Positions 44,789 to 58,600 of a stretch of DNA of 64,000 bases are shown here, piece by piece. Both the position numbers and the translations under genes were made by a program. Source of the stretch: the human T2T-CHM13v2.0 reference genome, Homo sapiens. The notes under the pieces were generated by a model, which saw only the letters and a list, made by a program, of their open reading frames with translations, was not told where the DNA came from and did no database searches. Where the stretch lies: assembly GCF_009914755.1 (NCBI RefSeq), contig NC_060933.1; one strand, 5' to 3'. Each line of letters starts with the position of its first letter. Position 1 is the stretch's first letter.

Positions 44789-45787
44789 AGTGGAATGGAA
44801 TGGAATGGAACGGAACGGAATGGAATGGAATGGAATGGAATGGAATGGAATGGAATCAACGCGAGTGCAGGGGAATGGAATGGAATGGAATGCAATGGAA
44901 TGGAATCTTCCGGAATGGAATGGATTGGAAAGGAATGGAATGAAATGCAATGGATTCAACTCGATTGCAATGGAATGGAATAGAATGGAATGGAATGGAA
45001 TGGAATGGAATTAATCTGAATAGAATGGAATGGAATGGAATGGAACGGAATGGAACGGAATGGAATGGAATGGAATGGAATGGAATGGAATGGTATGGAA
45101 TGGAATGGCGTGGTACGGAATAGAATGGAATGGAACGAATTGTAATGGAATGGAATTGAATGGAATGGAATGGAATGGAATCAACGCGAGTGCAGGGGAA
45201 TGTAATGGAACGGAATGCAATGGAATGGAATCATCCGGAATGGAATGTAATGGAATGGAATGGAATGTAATCAACCCGACTGCAATGGAATGGATTGGAA
45301 TGGAATAGAATGGAATGGAACAACCCGAATGGAATGGAATGTAATGGAGAGTAAGGGAGTTGAATAGAATCAATCCGAATGTAATGGAATGGAATGCAAC
45401 GGAATGGAATGGAATGGAATGGAATGGAATGCAATGGAATGGAATCAACCCGAGTACAATGGAATGGAATGGAATGGAATGGAATTTAATGGAATGGAAT
45501 GGAATGGAATGGAATGATACGGAATAGAATGGAATGGAAAGAAATGGAATGGAATGGAATGGAATGGAATGGAATGGAATGGAATGGAATGGAATGGAAT
45601 GGAATGGAATCGTTCCGAGTGGAATAGGAGGGAATGTTTTCGAGTGGAATGGAAAGGAATGGAATCAACCAGAGTGGAATGGAAGGGAATGGAATGGAAT
45701 GGAAACTAATAGAATGGAATCAACCCGAGTGGCATGGAATGGAAAGGACTGGAATGGAATGGAATGGAATGGAATCAACTCGATTGT

Positions 45788-48700
45788 AATGGAATGGAAT
45801 GGAATGGAGACAACCAGAATGGATTGGAATATAATGGAGTGTAAGGGAATTGAATAGAATCAATCTGAATGTAATGAAATCGAATGGAACGGAATGGAAT
45901 GGAATGGAATGGAATGGAATGGAATGGAATGCAATGGAATGGAATCAACCCGAGTGCAATCGAATGGAATCGAATGGAATGGAATGCAATGGAATGGATT
46001 CAACTTGAATGGAATGGAAAGAATGGAATCAACACGAGTGGAATGGCATGGATTGGAATGGAATGGAATGGAATCAACCCGAGTATAGGGGAATGGAATG
46101 GAATGGAATGCAATGGAATGGAATCATCCGCAATGGAATGGAAAGGAATGGAATGGAATGGAATGGAATGGAATGGAATGGAATCAACTCGATTGCAATC
46201 GAATGGAATGGAATGCAATTAACCCGAATAGAATGGAAAGGAATGGAATGGAAAGGAACGGAATGGAATGGAATGGAATGGAATGGAATGGAATGGAATG
46301 GAATGGAATGGAGTGGAACGGAAAGGAAGGGAATGGAATGGAATAGAATGGAATGGAATGGAATCAACGCGAGTGCAGGGGAATGGAATGGAATGGAATG
46401 CAATGGAATGGAATCTTCCGGAATGGAATGGAATGGAATGGAATGGAATGGAATCAACCCGAGTGCAATGGAATGGAGTGGAATGGAATGGAATGGAATG
46501 GAACAATCCGAATGGAATGGAATATAACGGAGAGTAAGGGAGTTGAATAGAATCAATCCGAATGTAATGGAACGGAATGGAACGCAATGGAATTGGATGG
46601 AATAGAATGGAATGCAATGGAATGGAATCAACCGGAGTGCAATGGAATGGAGAGGAATGCAGTGGAATGGAATGGAAACTACCCAAATGTAATGGAATGT
46701 AATGGAGTGTAAGGGAATTGAATAGAATCAATCCGAATGTAATGGAATGGAATGGAACGGAATGGAATGGAATGGAATGGAATGGAATGGAATGGAATGC
46801 AATGGAATGGAATCAACCCGAGTGCAATCGAATGGAATCGAATGGAATGGAATGCAATGGAATGGATTCAACTTGAATGGAATGGAAAGAATGGAATCAA
46901 CACGAGTGGAATGGCATGGATTGGAATGGAATGGAATGGAATCAACCCGAGTACAGGGGATTGGAATGGAATGGAATGCAATGGAATGGAATCATCCGTA
47001 ATGGAATGGAAATGAATGGATTGGAATGGAATGGAATGGAATGGAATGGAATCAACTCGATTGCAATCGAATGGAATGGAATGGAATTAACCCGAATAGA
47101 ATGGAATGGTACGGAACGGAATGGAATGGAATGGAATGAAATGGAATGGAATGGAATGGAATGGAATCAACGCGAGTGCAGGGGAATGGAATGGAATGGA
47201 ATGCAATGGAATGGAGTCTTCCGGAATGGAATGGAATGGAATGGAATGGAATGGAATGAAATGCAATGGATTCAACTCGATTGCAATGGAATGGAATAGA
47301 ATGGAATGGAATGGAATGGAATGGAATTAATTCGAATAGAATGGAATGGAATGGAATGGAACGGAATGGAACGGAATGGAACGGAATGGAATGGAATGGA
47401 ATGGAATGGAATGGTATGGAGTGGAATGGAATGGTACGGAATAGAATGGAATGGAACGAATTGTAATGGAATGGAATTGAATGGAATGGAATGGAATGAA
47501 ATGGAATCAACGCGAGTGCAGGGGAATGTAATGGAACGGAATGCAATGGAATGGAATCATCCGGAATGGAACGGAATGGAATGGAATGGAATGGAATCAA
47601 CCCGAGTGCAATGGAATGGAGTGGAATGGAATGGAATGGAATGGAACAACCCGAATGGAATGGAATGTAACGGAGAGTAAGGGAGTTGAATAGAATCAAT
47701 CCGAATGTAATGGAATGGAATGCAACGGAATGGAATGGAATGGAATGGAAAGGAATGCAATGGAATTGAATCAACCCGAGTACAATGGAATGGAATGGAA
47801 TGGAATGGAATGGAATGGAATGGAATGAGACGGAATAGAATGGAATGGAACGAAATGGAATGGAATGGAATGGAATGGAATGGAATGGAATGGAATGGAA
47901 TCGTTCCGAGTGGAATAGGAGGGAATGTATTCGAGTGGAATGGAAAGGAATGGTATCAACCAGAGTGGAATGGAAGGGAATGGAATGGAATGGAAACTAA
48001 TAGAATGGAATCAACCCGAGTGGAATGGAATGGAAAGGACTGGAATGGAATGGAATGGAATGGAATCAACTCGATTATAATGGAATGGAATGGAATGGAA
48101 TGGAATGGAATGGAATTAACCCGAATACAATGGAATGGAATGGAATGGAACGGAATGGAGTGGAATGGAATGGAATCAACCCGAGTGCAGGAGAATGGAA
48201 TGGAATGGAATGCAATGGAATGGAATCATCCGGAATGGAATGGAATGGAATGGAATGCAAAGCAATGGAATCAACTCGATTGCAATGGAATGGAATGGAA
48301 TGGAAAGGAATACATTGGAATCAACCCGAGTGGAATGGAATGGAAAGGACTGGAATGGAGTGGAATGGAATGGAATGGAATGGAATGGAATCAACTCGAT
48401 TGGAATGGAATGGAATGGAATGGAATGGAATCAACCCGAGTACAGGGGAATGGAATGGAATGGAATGCAATGGAATGGAATCATCGGTAATGGAATGGAA
48501 AGGAATGGAATGGAATGGAATGGAATGGAATGGAATGGAATGGAATCAACTCGATTGCAATCGAATGGAATGGAATGGAATTAATCTGAATAGAATGGAA
48601 TGGAATGGAATGGAACGGAACGGAATGGAATGGAATGGAATGGAATGGAATGGAATGGAACGGAATGGAACGGAATGGATGGAATGGAATGAAATGGAAT

Positions 48701-51700
48701 GGAATCAACGCGAGTGCAGGGGAATGGAATGGAATGGAATGTAATGGAATGGAATCTTCCGGAATGGAATGGAATGGAATGGAATGAAATGCAATTTATT
48801 CAACTCGATTGCAAAGGAATGGAATAGAATGGAATGGAATGGAATGGAATGGAATGGAATGGAATTAACCCGAATAGAATGGAATGGAATGGAATGGAAC
48901 GGAATGGAAAGGAATGGAATGGAATGGAATGGAATGGAATGGAATGGAATGGAATGGAATGCAATGGAATTGAATCAACCCGAGTACTATGGAATGGAAT
49001 GGAATGGAATGGAATGGAATGGAATGGAATGGAATGGAATGGAATGGAATGGAATCGTTCCGAGTGGAATAGGAGGGAATGTATTCGAGTGGAATGGAAA
49101 GGAATGGTATCAACCAGAGTGGAATGGAAGGGAATGGAATGGAATGGAAACTAATAGAATGGAATCAACCCGAGTGGAATGGAATGGAAAGGACTGGAAT
49201 GGAATGGAATGGAATGGAATCAACTCGATTGTAATGGAATGGAATGGAATGGAATGGAATGGATTCAACTTGAATGGAATGGAAAGAATGGAATCAACAC
49301 GAGTGGAATGGCATGGATTGGAATGGAATGGAATGGAATCAACGCGAGTGCAGGGGAATGGAATGGAATGGAATGCAATGGAATGGAATCTTCCGGAATG
49401 GAATGGAATGGAACGGAATGAAATGCAATGGATTCAACTCGATTGCAATGGAATGGAATAGAATGGAATGGAATGGAATGGAATGGAATTAATTCGAATA
49501 GAATGGAATGGAATGGAATGGAACGGAATGGAACGGAATGGAACGGAACGGAATGGAATGGAATGGAATGGAATGGTATGGAGTGGAATGGAATGGTACG
49601 GAATAGAATGGAATGGAACGAATTGTAATGGAATGGAATTGAATGGAATGGAATGGAATGAAATGGAATCAACGCGAGTGCAGGGGAATGTAATGGAACG
49701 GAATGCAATGGAATGGAATCATCGGGAATGGAACGGAATGGAATGGAATGGAATGGAATCAACCCGAGTGCAATGGAATGGAGTGGAATGGAATGGAATG
49801 GAATGGAACAACCCGAATGGAATGGAATGTAATGGAGAGTAAGGGAGTTGAATAGAATCAATCCGAATGTAATGGAATGGAATGCAACGGAATGGAATGG
49901 AATGGAATGGAAAGGAATGCAATGGAATTGAATCAACCCGAGTACAATGGAATGGAATGGAATGGAATGGAATGGAATGGAATGGAATGGAATGATACGG
50001 AATAGAATGGAATGGAACGAATTGGAATGGAATGGAATGGAATGGAATGGAATGGAATGGAATGGAATGGAATCGTTCCGAGTGGAATAGGAGGGAATGT
50101 ATTCGAGTGGAATGGAAAGGAATGGTATCAACCAGAGTAGAATGGAAGGGAATGGAATGGAATGGAAACTAATAGAATGGAATCAACCCGAGTGGAATGG
50201 AATGGAAAGGACTGGAATGGAATGGAATGGAATGGAATCAACTCGATTGTAATGGAATGGAATGGAATGGAATGGAATGGAATTAACCCGAATACAATGG
50301 AATGGAATGGAATGGAACGGAATGGAGTGGAATGGAATGGAATCAACCCGAGTGCAGGAGAATGGAATGGAATGGAATGCAATGGAATGGAATCATCCGG
50401 AATGGAATGGAATGGAATGGAATGCAAAGCAATGGAATCAACTCGATTGCAATGGAATGGAATGGAATGGAAAGGAATACATTGGAATCAACCCGAGTGG
50501 AATGGAATGGAAAGGACTGGAATGGAGTGGAATGGAATGGAATGGAATGGAATGGAATCAACTGGATTGGAATGGAATGGAATGGAATGGAATCGAATCA
50601 ACCCGAGTACAGGGGAATGGAATGGAATGGAATGCAATGGAATGGAATCATCGGTAATGGAATGGAAAGGAATGGAATGGAATGGAATGGAATGGAATGG
50701 AATGGAATGGAATCAACTCGATTGCAATCGAATGGAATGGAATGGAATTAATCTGAATAGAATGGAATGGAATGGAATGGAACGGAACGGAATGGAATGG
50801 AATGGAATGGAATGGAACTGAACGGAACGGAATGGATGGAATGGAATGGAATGGAATGGAATCAACGCGAGTGCAGGGGAATGGAATGGAATGGAATGTA
50901 ATGGAATGGAATCTTCCGGAATGGAATGGAATGGAATGGAATGAAATGCAATTTATTCAACTCGATTGCAAAGGAATGGAATAGAATGGAATGGAATGGA
51001 ATGGAATGGAATGGAATGGAATTAAAACGAATAGAATGGAATGGAATGGAATGGAACGGAATGGAAAGGAATGGAATGGAATGGAATGGAATGGAATGGA
51101 ATGGAATGAAATGCAATGGAATTGAATCAACCCGAGTTCAATGGAATGGAATGGAATGGAATGGAATGGAATGGAATGGAATGGAATGGAATGGAATGGA
51201 ATCGTTCCGAGTGGAATAGGAGGGAATGTATTCGAGTGGAATGGAAAGGAATGGTATCAACCAGAGTGGAATGGAAGGGAATGGAATGGAATGGAAACTA
51301 ATAGAATGGAATCAACCCGAGTGGAATGGAATGGAAAGGACTGGAATGGAATGGAATGGAATGGAATCAACTCGATTGTAATGGAATGGAATGGAATGGA
51401 ATGGAATGGAATGGAATTAACCCGAATACAATGGAATGGAATGGAATGGAACGGAATGGAGTGGAATGGAATGGAATCAACCCGAGTGCAGGAGAATGGA
51501 ATGGAATGGAATGCAATGGAATGGAATCATCCGGAATGGAATGGAATGCAAAGCAATGGAATCAATTCGATTGCAATGGAATGGAATGGAATGGAAAGGA
51601 ATACTTTGGAATCAACCCGAGTGGAATGGAATGGAAAGGACTGGAATGGAGTGGAATGGAATGGAATGGAATGGAATGGAATCAACTCGATTGGAATGGA

Positions 51701-54700
51701 ATGGAATGGAATGGAATGGAATTAACCCGAATAGAATGGAATGGAATGGAATGGAACGGAACGGAATGGAATGGAATGGAATGGAATGGAATAAACCCGA
51801 GTGCAATGGAATGGAGTGGAATGGAATGGAATGGAATGGAACAACCCGAATGGAATGGAATGTAATGGATAGTAAGGGAGTTGAATAGAATCAATCCGAA
51901 TGTAATGGAATGGAATGGAACGGAATGGAATTGAATGGAATGGAATGGAATGGAATCAACCCGAGTGCAATGGAATGGAGAGGAATGGAATGGAATGGAA
52001 TGGAAACTACCCGAATGGAATGGAATGTAATGGAGTGTAAGGGAATTGAATAGAATCAATCCGAATGTAATGGAATGGAATGGAACGGAATGGAATGGAG
52101 TGGAATCAACGCGAGTGCAGGGGAATGGAATGGAATCGAATGGAATGCAATGGAATGGAATGGAATCAACCCGAGTGCAGGGGAACGGAATGGAATGGAA
52201 TGCAATGGAATGGAATCATCCGGAATGGAATGGAATGGAATGGAATGGAATCAACCCGAGTGCAATGGAATGGAGTGGAATGGAATGGAATGGAATGGAA
52301 CAACCCGAATGGAATGGAATGTAATGGAGAGTTAGGGAGTTGAATAGAATCAATCCGAATGTAATGGAATGGAACGGAATGGAATGGAATGGAATGGAAT
52401 GGAATGGAATGGAATGGAATGCAATGGAATGGAATCAACCCGAGTACAATGGAACGGAATGGAATGGAATGGAATGGAATGTAATGGAATGGAATGGAAT
52501 CAACCCGAGTGCAGAGGAATGGAATGGAAAGGAATGCAATGGAATGGAATCATCCGGAATGGAATGGAATGGAAAGCAATGGAATGGAATGGAATGGAAT
52601 CAACCCGAGTGCAATGGAATGGTGTGAAATGGAATGGAATGGAATGGAAACAACCAGAATGGATTGGAATATAATGGAGTGTAAGGGAATTGAATAGAAT
52701 CAATCTGAATGTAATGAAATGGAATGGAACGGAATGGAATGTAATGGAATGGAATGGAATGGAATGCAATGGAATGGAATCAACCCGAGTGCAATCGAAT
52801 GGAATCGAATGGAATGGAATGCAATGGAATGGATTCAACTTGAATGGAATGGAAAGAATGGAATCAACACGAGTGGAATGGCATGGATTGGAATGGAATG
52901 GAATGGAATCAACCCGAGTACAGGGGAATGGAATGGAATGGAATGCAATGGAATGGAATCATCCGTAATGGAATGGAAAGCAATGGAATGGAATGGAATG
53001 GAATGGAATGGAATGGAATGCAATGGAATGGAATCATCCGTAATGGAATGGAAAGCAATGGAATGGAATGGAATGGAATGGAATGGAATGGAATGGAATG
53101 GAATGGAATCAACTCGATTGCAATCGAATGGAATGGAATGGAATTAACCCGAATAGAATGGAATGGAATGGAATGGAACGGAACGGAATAGAATGGAATG
53201 GAATGGAATGGAATGGAACGGAACGGAACGGAATGGAATGGAATGGAATGGAATGGAATGGAATCAACGCGAGTGCAGGGGAATGGAATGGAATGGAATG
53301 CAATGGAATGGAATCTTCCGGAATGGAATGGAATGGAATGGAATGGAATGAAATGCAATGGATTCAACTCGATTGCAATGGAATGGAATAGAATGGAATG
53401 GAATGGAATGGAATGGGATGGAATTAACCCGAATAGAATGGAATGGAATGGAATGGAACGGAATGGAACGGAATGGAATGGAATGGAATGGAATGGAATG
53501 GTATGGAATGGAATGGAATGGTACGGAATAGAATGGAATGGAACGAATTGTAATGGAATGGAATTGAATGGAATGGAATGGAATGGAATGGAATCAACGC
53601 GAGTGCAGGGGAATGTAATGGAACGGAATGCAATGGAATGGAATCATCCGGAATGGAATGGAATGGAATGGAATGGAATGGAATGGAATCAACCCGAGTG
53701 CAATGGAATGGAGTGGAATAGAATGGAATGGAATGGAATGGAACAACCCGAATGGAATGGAATGTAATGGAGAGTAAGGGAGTTGAATATAATCAATCCG
53801 AATGTAATGGAATGGAATGCAACGGAATGGAATGGAATGGAATGGAATGGAATGGAATGGAATGCAATGGAATGGAATCAACCCGAGTACAATGAAATGG
53901 AATTTAATGGAATGGAATGGAATGGAATGGAATGGAATGGAATGGAATGCCTTCAAACCGAATGGAATGGAAAGGAATGGAATCAACACCAGTGGAATGG
54001 AATGGAATGGAATGGAATGGAATGGAATGGAATGGAATGATACGGAATAGAATGGAATGGAACGAAATGGAATGGAATGGAATGGAATGGAATGGAATGG
54101 AATGGAATCGTTCCGAGTGGAATAGGAGGGAATGTATTCGAGTGGAATGGAAAGGAATGGAATCAACCAGAGTGGAATGGAAGGGAATGGAATGGATTGG
54201 AAACTAATAGAATGGAATCAACCCGAGTGGAATGGAATGGAAAGGACTGGAATGGAAAGGAATGGAATGGAATGGAATGGAATGGAATGGAATGGAATCA
54301 ACGCGAGTGCAGGGGAATGGAATGGAATCGAATGGAATAGAATGGAATGGAATGGAATCAACCCGAGTGCAGGGGAATGTAATGGAACGGAATGCAATGG
54401 AATGGAATCATCCGGAATGGAATGGAATGGAATAGAATGGAATCAACCCGAGTGCAATGGAATGGAGTGGAATGGAATGGAATGGAATGGAACAATCCGA
54501 ATGGAATGGAATGTAATGGAGAGTAAGGGAGTTGAAAAGAATCAATCCGAATGTAATGGAATGGAACGGAATGGAATGTAATGGAATGGAACAATCCGAA
54601 TGGAATGGAATGTAATGGAGAGTAAGGGAGTTGAAAAGAATCAATCCGAATGTAATGGAATGGAACGGAATGGAATGGAGTGGAATGGAATGGAATGGAA

Positions 54701-55698
54701 CGGAACGGAATGGAATGGAATGGAATGGAATGGAATGGAATGGAATCAACGCGAGTGCAGGGGAATGGAATGGAATGGAATGCAATGGAATGGAATCTTC
54801 CGGAATGGAATGGATTGGAAAGGAATGGAATGAAATGCAATGGATTCAACTCGATTGCAATGGAATGGAATAGAATGGAATGGAATGGAATGGAATGGAA
54901 TTAATCTGAATAGAATGGAATGGAATGGAATGGAACGGAATGGAACGGAATGGAATGGAATGGAATGGAATGGAATGGAATGGTATGGAATGGAATGGCG
55001 TGGTACGGAATAGAATGGAATGGAACGAATTGTAATGGAATGGAATTGAATGGAATGGAATGGAATGGAATCAACGCGAGTGCAGGGGAATGTAATGGAA
55101 CGGAATGCAATGGAATGGAATCATCCGGAATGGAATGGAATGGAATGGAATGGAATGTAATCAACCCGACTGCAATGGAATGGATTGGAATGGAATAGAA
55201 TGGAATGGAACAACCCGAATGGAATGGAATGTAATGGAGAGTAAGGGAGTTGAATAGAATCAATCCGAATGTAATGGAATGGAATGCAACGGAATGGAAT
55301 GGAATGGAATGGAATGGAATGCAATGGAATGGAATCAACCCGAGTACAATGGAATGGAATGGAATGGAATGGAATTTAATGGAATGGAATGGAATGGAAT
55401 GGAATGATACGGAATAGAATGGAATGGAAAGAAATGGAATGGAATGGAATGGAATGGAATGGAATGGAATGGAATGGAATGGAATGGAATGGAATGGAAT
55501 CGTTCCGAGTGGAATAGGAGGGAATGTTTTCGAGTGGAATGGAAAGGAATGGAATCAACCAGAGTGGAATGGAAGGGAATGGAATGGAATGGAAACTAAT
55601 AGAATGGAATCAACCCGAGTGGCATGGAATGGAAAGGACTGGAATGGAATGGAATGGAATGGAATCAACTCGATTGTAATGGAATGGAATGGAATGGA
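45788..55698 (+). repeat. Copy 2 of the 9.9-kb tandem duplication
   Basis: Matches copy 1 with about 11 differences, including a 10-bp contraction of a GGAAT run near 54070-54105. The match ends at 55698 (equivalent to 45808). Confidence 0.95.
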
Positions 55699-58600
55699 AT
55701 GGAATTAACCCGAATATAATGGAATGGAATGGAATGGAACGGAATGGAGAGGAATGGAATGGAATCAACCCGAGTGCAGGGGAATGGAATGGAATGGAAT
55801 ACAATGGAATGGAATCATCCGGAATGGAATGGAATGGAATGGAATGCAAAGCAATGGAATCAACTCGATTGCAATGGAATGGAATGGAATGGAAAGGAAT
55901 ACATTGGAATCAACCCGAGTGGAATGGAATGGAAAGGACTGGAATGGCGTGGAATGGAATGGAATGGGATGGAATGGAATGGAATGGAATTAACCCGAAT
56001 AGAATGGAATAGAATGGAATGGAATGGAATGGAACGGAACGGAACGGAATGGAATGGAATGGAATGGAATGGAATGGAATGGAATGGAATCAACCCGACT
56101 GCAGGGGAATGGAATGGAATGGAATGCAATGGAATGGATTCAACTTGAATGGAATGGAAAGAATGGAATCAACACGAGTGGAATGGCATGGATTGGAATG
56201 GAATGGAATGGAATAAACCCGAGTACAGGGGAATGGAATGGAATGGAATGCAATGGAATGGAATCATCCGTAATGGAATGGAAAGGAATGGAATGGAATG
56301 GAATGGAATCAACTCGATTGGAATCGAATGGAATGGAATGGAATTAACCCGAATAGAATGGAATGGAATGGAATGGAACGGAACGGAACGGAACGGAACG
56401 GAACGGAGTGGTATGGAATGGAATGAAATTGTATGGAATGGAATGGCATGGAACGGAATAGAACGGAATGGAAAGAATTGGAATGGAATGGAATGGAATG
56501 GAATGGAATGGAATGGAATGTAATCAACCCGAATGCAGGGGAATGTAATGGAACGGAATGCAATGGAATGGAATCATCCGGAATGGAATGGAATGGAATG
56601 GAATGGAATGGAATGGAATGGAATGGAATGGAATCAACCCGAGTGCAATGGAATGGAGTGGAATGGAATGGAATGGAATGGAACAACCCGAATGGAATGG
56701 AATGTAATGGAGAGTAAGGGAGTTGAATAGAATCAATCCGAATGTAATGGAATGGAACGGAATGGAATGGAATGCAATGGAATGGAATCAAACCGAGTAC
56801 AATGGAACGGAATGGAATGGAATGTAATGGAATGGAATGTAATGGAATGGAATGGAATGGAATGGAATGGAATGGAATGGAATCAACCCGAGTGCAATGG
56901 AATGGAGAGGAATGGAATGGAATGGAATGGAAACTACCCGAATGGAATGGAATGGAATGGAGTGTAAGGGAATTGAATAGAATCAATCCGAATGGAATGG
57001 AATGGAATGGAATCAACCCGAGTGCAGGGGAATGGAATGGAATGGAATGCAATGGAATGGAATCATCCGGAATGGAATGGAATGGAATGCAATGGAATGG
57101 AATGGAATGGAATCAACCCGAGTGCAATGGAATGGAGTGAAATGGAATGGAATGGAATGGAAACAACCAGAATGGATTGGAATATAATGGAGTGTAAGGG
57201 AATTGAAAAGAATCAATCTGAATGTAATGAAATGGAATGGAACGGAATGGAATGGAATGGAATGGAATGAAATGGAATTCAATGGAATGGAATCAACCCG
57301 AGTGCAATCGCATGGAATCGAAAGCAATGGAATGCAATGGAATGGATTCAACTTGAATGGAAAGGAAAGAATGGAATCAACACGAGTGGAATGGCATGGA
57401 TTGGAATGGAATGGAATGGAATCAACCCGAGTACAGGGGAATGGAATGGAATGGAATGCAATGGAATGGAATCATCAGTAATGGAATCGAAAGGAATGGA
57501 AAGGACTGGAATGGAAAGGACTGGAATGGAATGGAATGGAATGGAATGAAATGGAATGGAATCAACTCGATTGCAATCGAATGGAATGGAATGGAATTAA
57601 CCCGAATAGAATGGAATGGAATGGAATGGAACGGAACGGAATGGAATGGAATGGAATGGAATGGAATGGAACGGAAAGGAATGGAATGGAATGGAATGGA
57701 ATGGAATGGAATGGAATCAACGCGAGTGCAGAGGAATGGAATGGAATCGAATGGAATGGAAAGGAATGGAATGGAATCACCCCGAGTGCAGGGGAATGTA
57801 ATGGAACGGAATGCAATGGAATGGAATCATCCGGAATGGAATGGAATGGAATGGAATGGAATCAACCCGAGTGCAATGGAATGGAGTGGAATGGAATGGA
57901 ATGGAATGGAACAACCCGAATGGAATGGAATGTAATGGAGAGTAAGGGAGTTGAAAAGAATCAATCCGAATGTAATGGAATGGAATGGAACGGAGTGGAA
58001 TGGAATGGAATGGAATGGAATGGAATGGAATGGAAAGGAATCAACCCGAGTACAATGGAATGGAATGGAATGGAATGGAATGCAATGGAATGGAATCTTC
58101 CGGAATGGAATGGAATGGAATGGAATGGAATGGAATGGAATGAAATGGATTCAACTCGATTGCAATGGAATGGAATAGAATGGAATGGAATGGAATGGAA
58201 TGGAATTAAACCGAATAGAATGGAATGGAATGGAATGGAACGGAACAGAACGGAACGGAACGGAACGGAGTGGAATGGAATGGAATGGAATTGTATGGAA
58301 TGGAATGGAATGGTACGGAATAGAATGGAATGGAACGAATTGTAATGGAATGGAATGGAATGGAATGGAATGGAATGGAATCAACGCGAGTGCAGGGGAA
58401 TGTAATGGAACGGAATGCAATGGAATGGAATCATCCGGAATGGAATGGAATGGAATGGAATGGAATGGAATGGAATGGAATCAACCCGAGTGCAATGGAA
58501 TGGAGTGGAATGGAATGGAACAACCCGAATGGAATGAAATGTAATGGAGAGTAAGGGAGTTGAATAGAATCAATCCGAATGTAATGGAATGGAATGCAAC

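Larger units (their letters stand above)
35888..45787 (+). repeat. Copy 1 of a 9.9-kb near-identical tandem duplication
   Basis: Line-by-line identity with sequence 9900 bp downstream, e.g. private variants AACGCAATGGAATTGGATGG at 36681/46581 and ACCCAAATGT at 36781/46681. The ORF track repeats at offset 9900 (35984/45884 through 43917/53817), then 9890. Confidence 0.95.

Noticed and set aside
35888-55698. The round 9900-bp offset as a sign of artificial construction
   Set aside because: The copies differ at about 11 sites with non-consensus alleles on both copies, and the offset changes to 9890 after an indel. Read-level confirmation is still needed.
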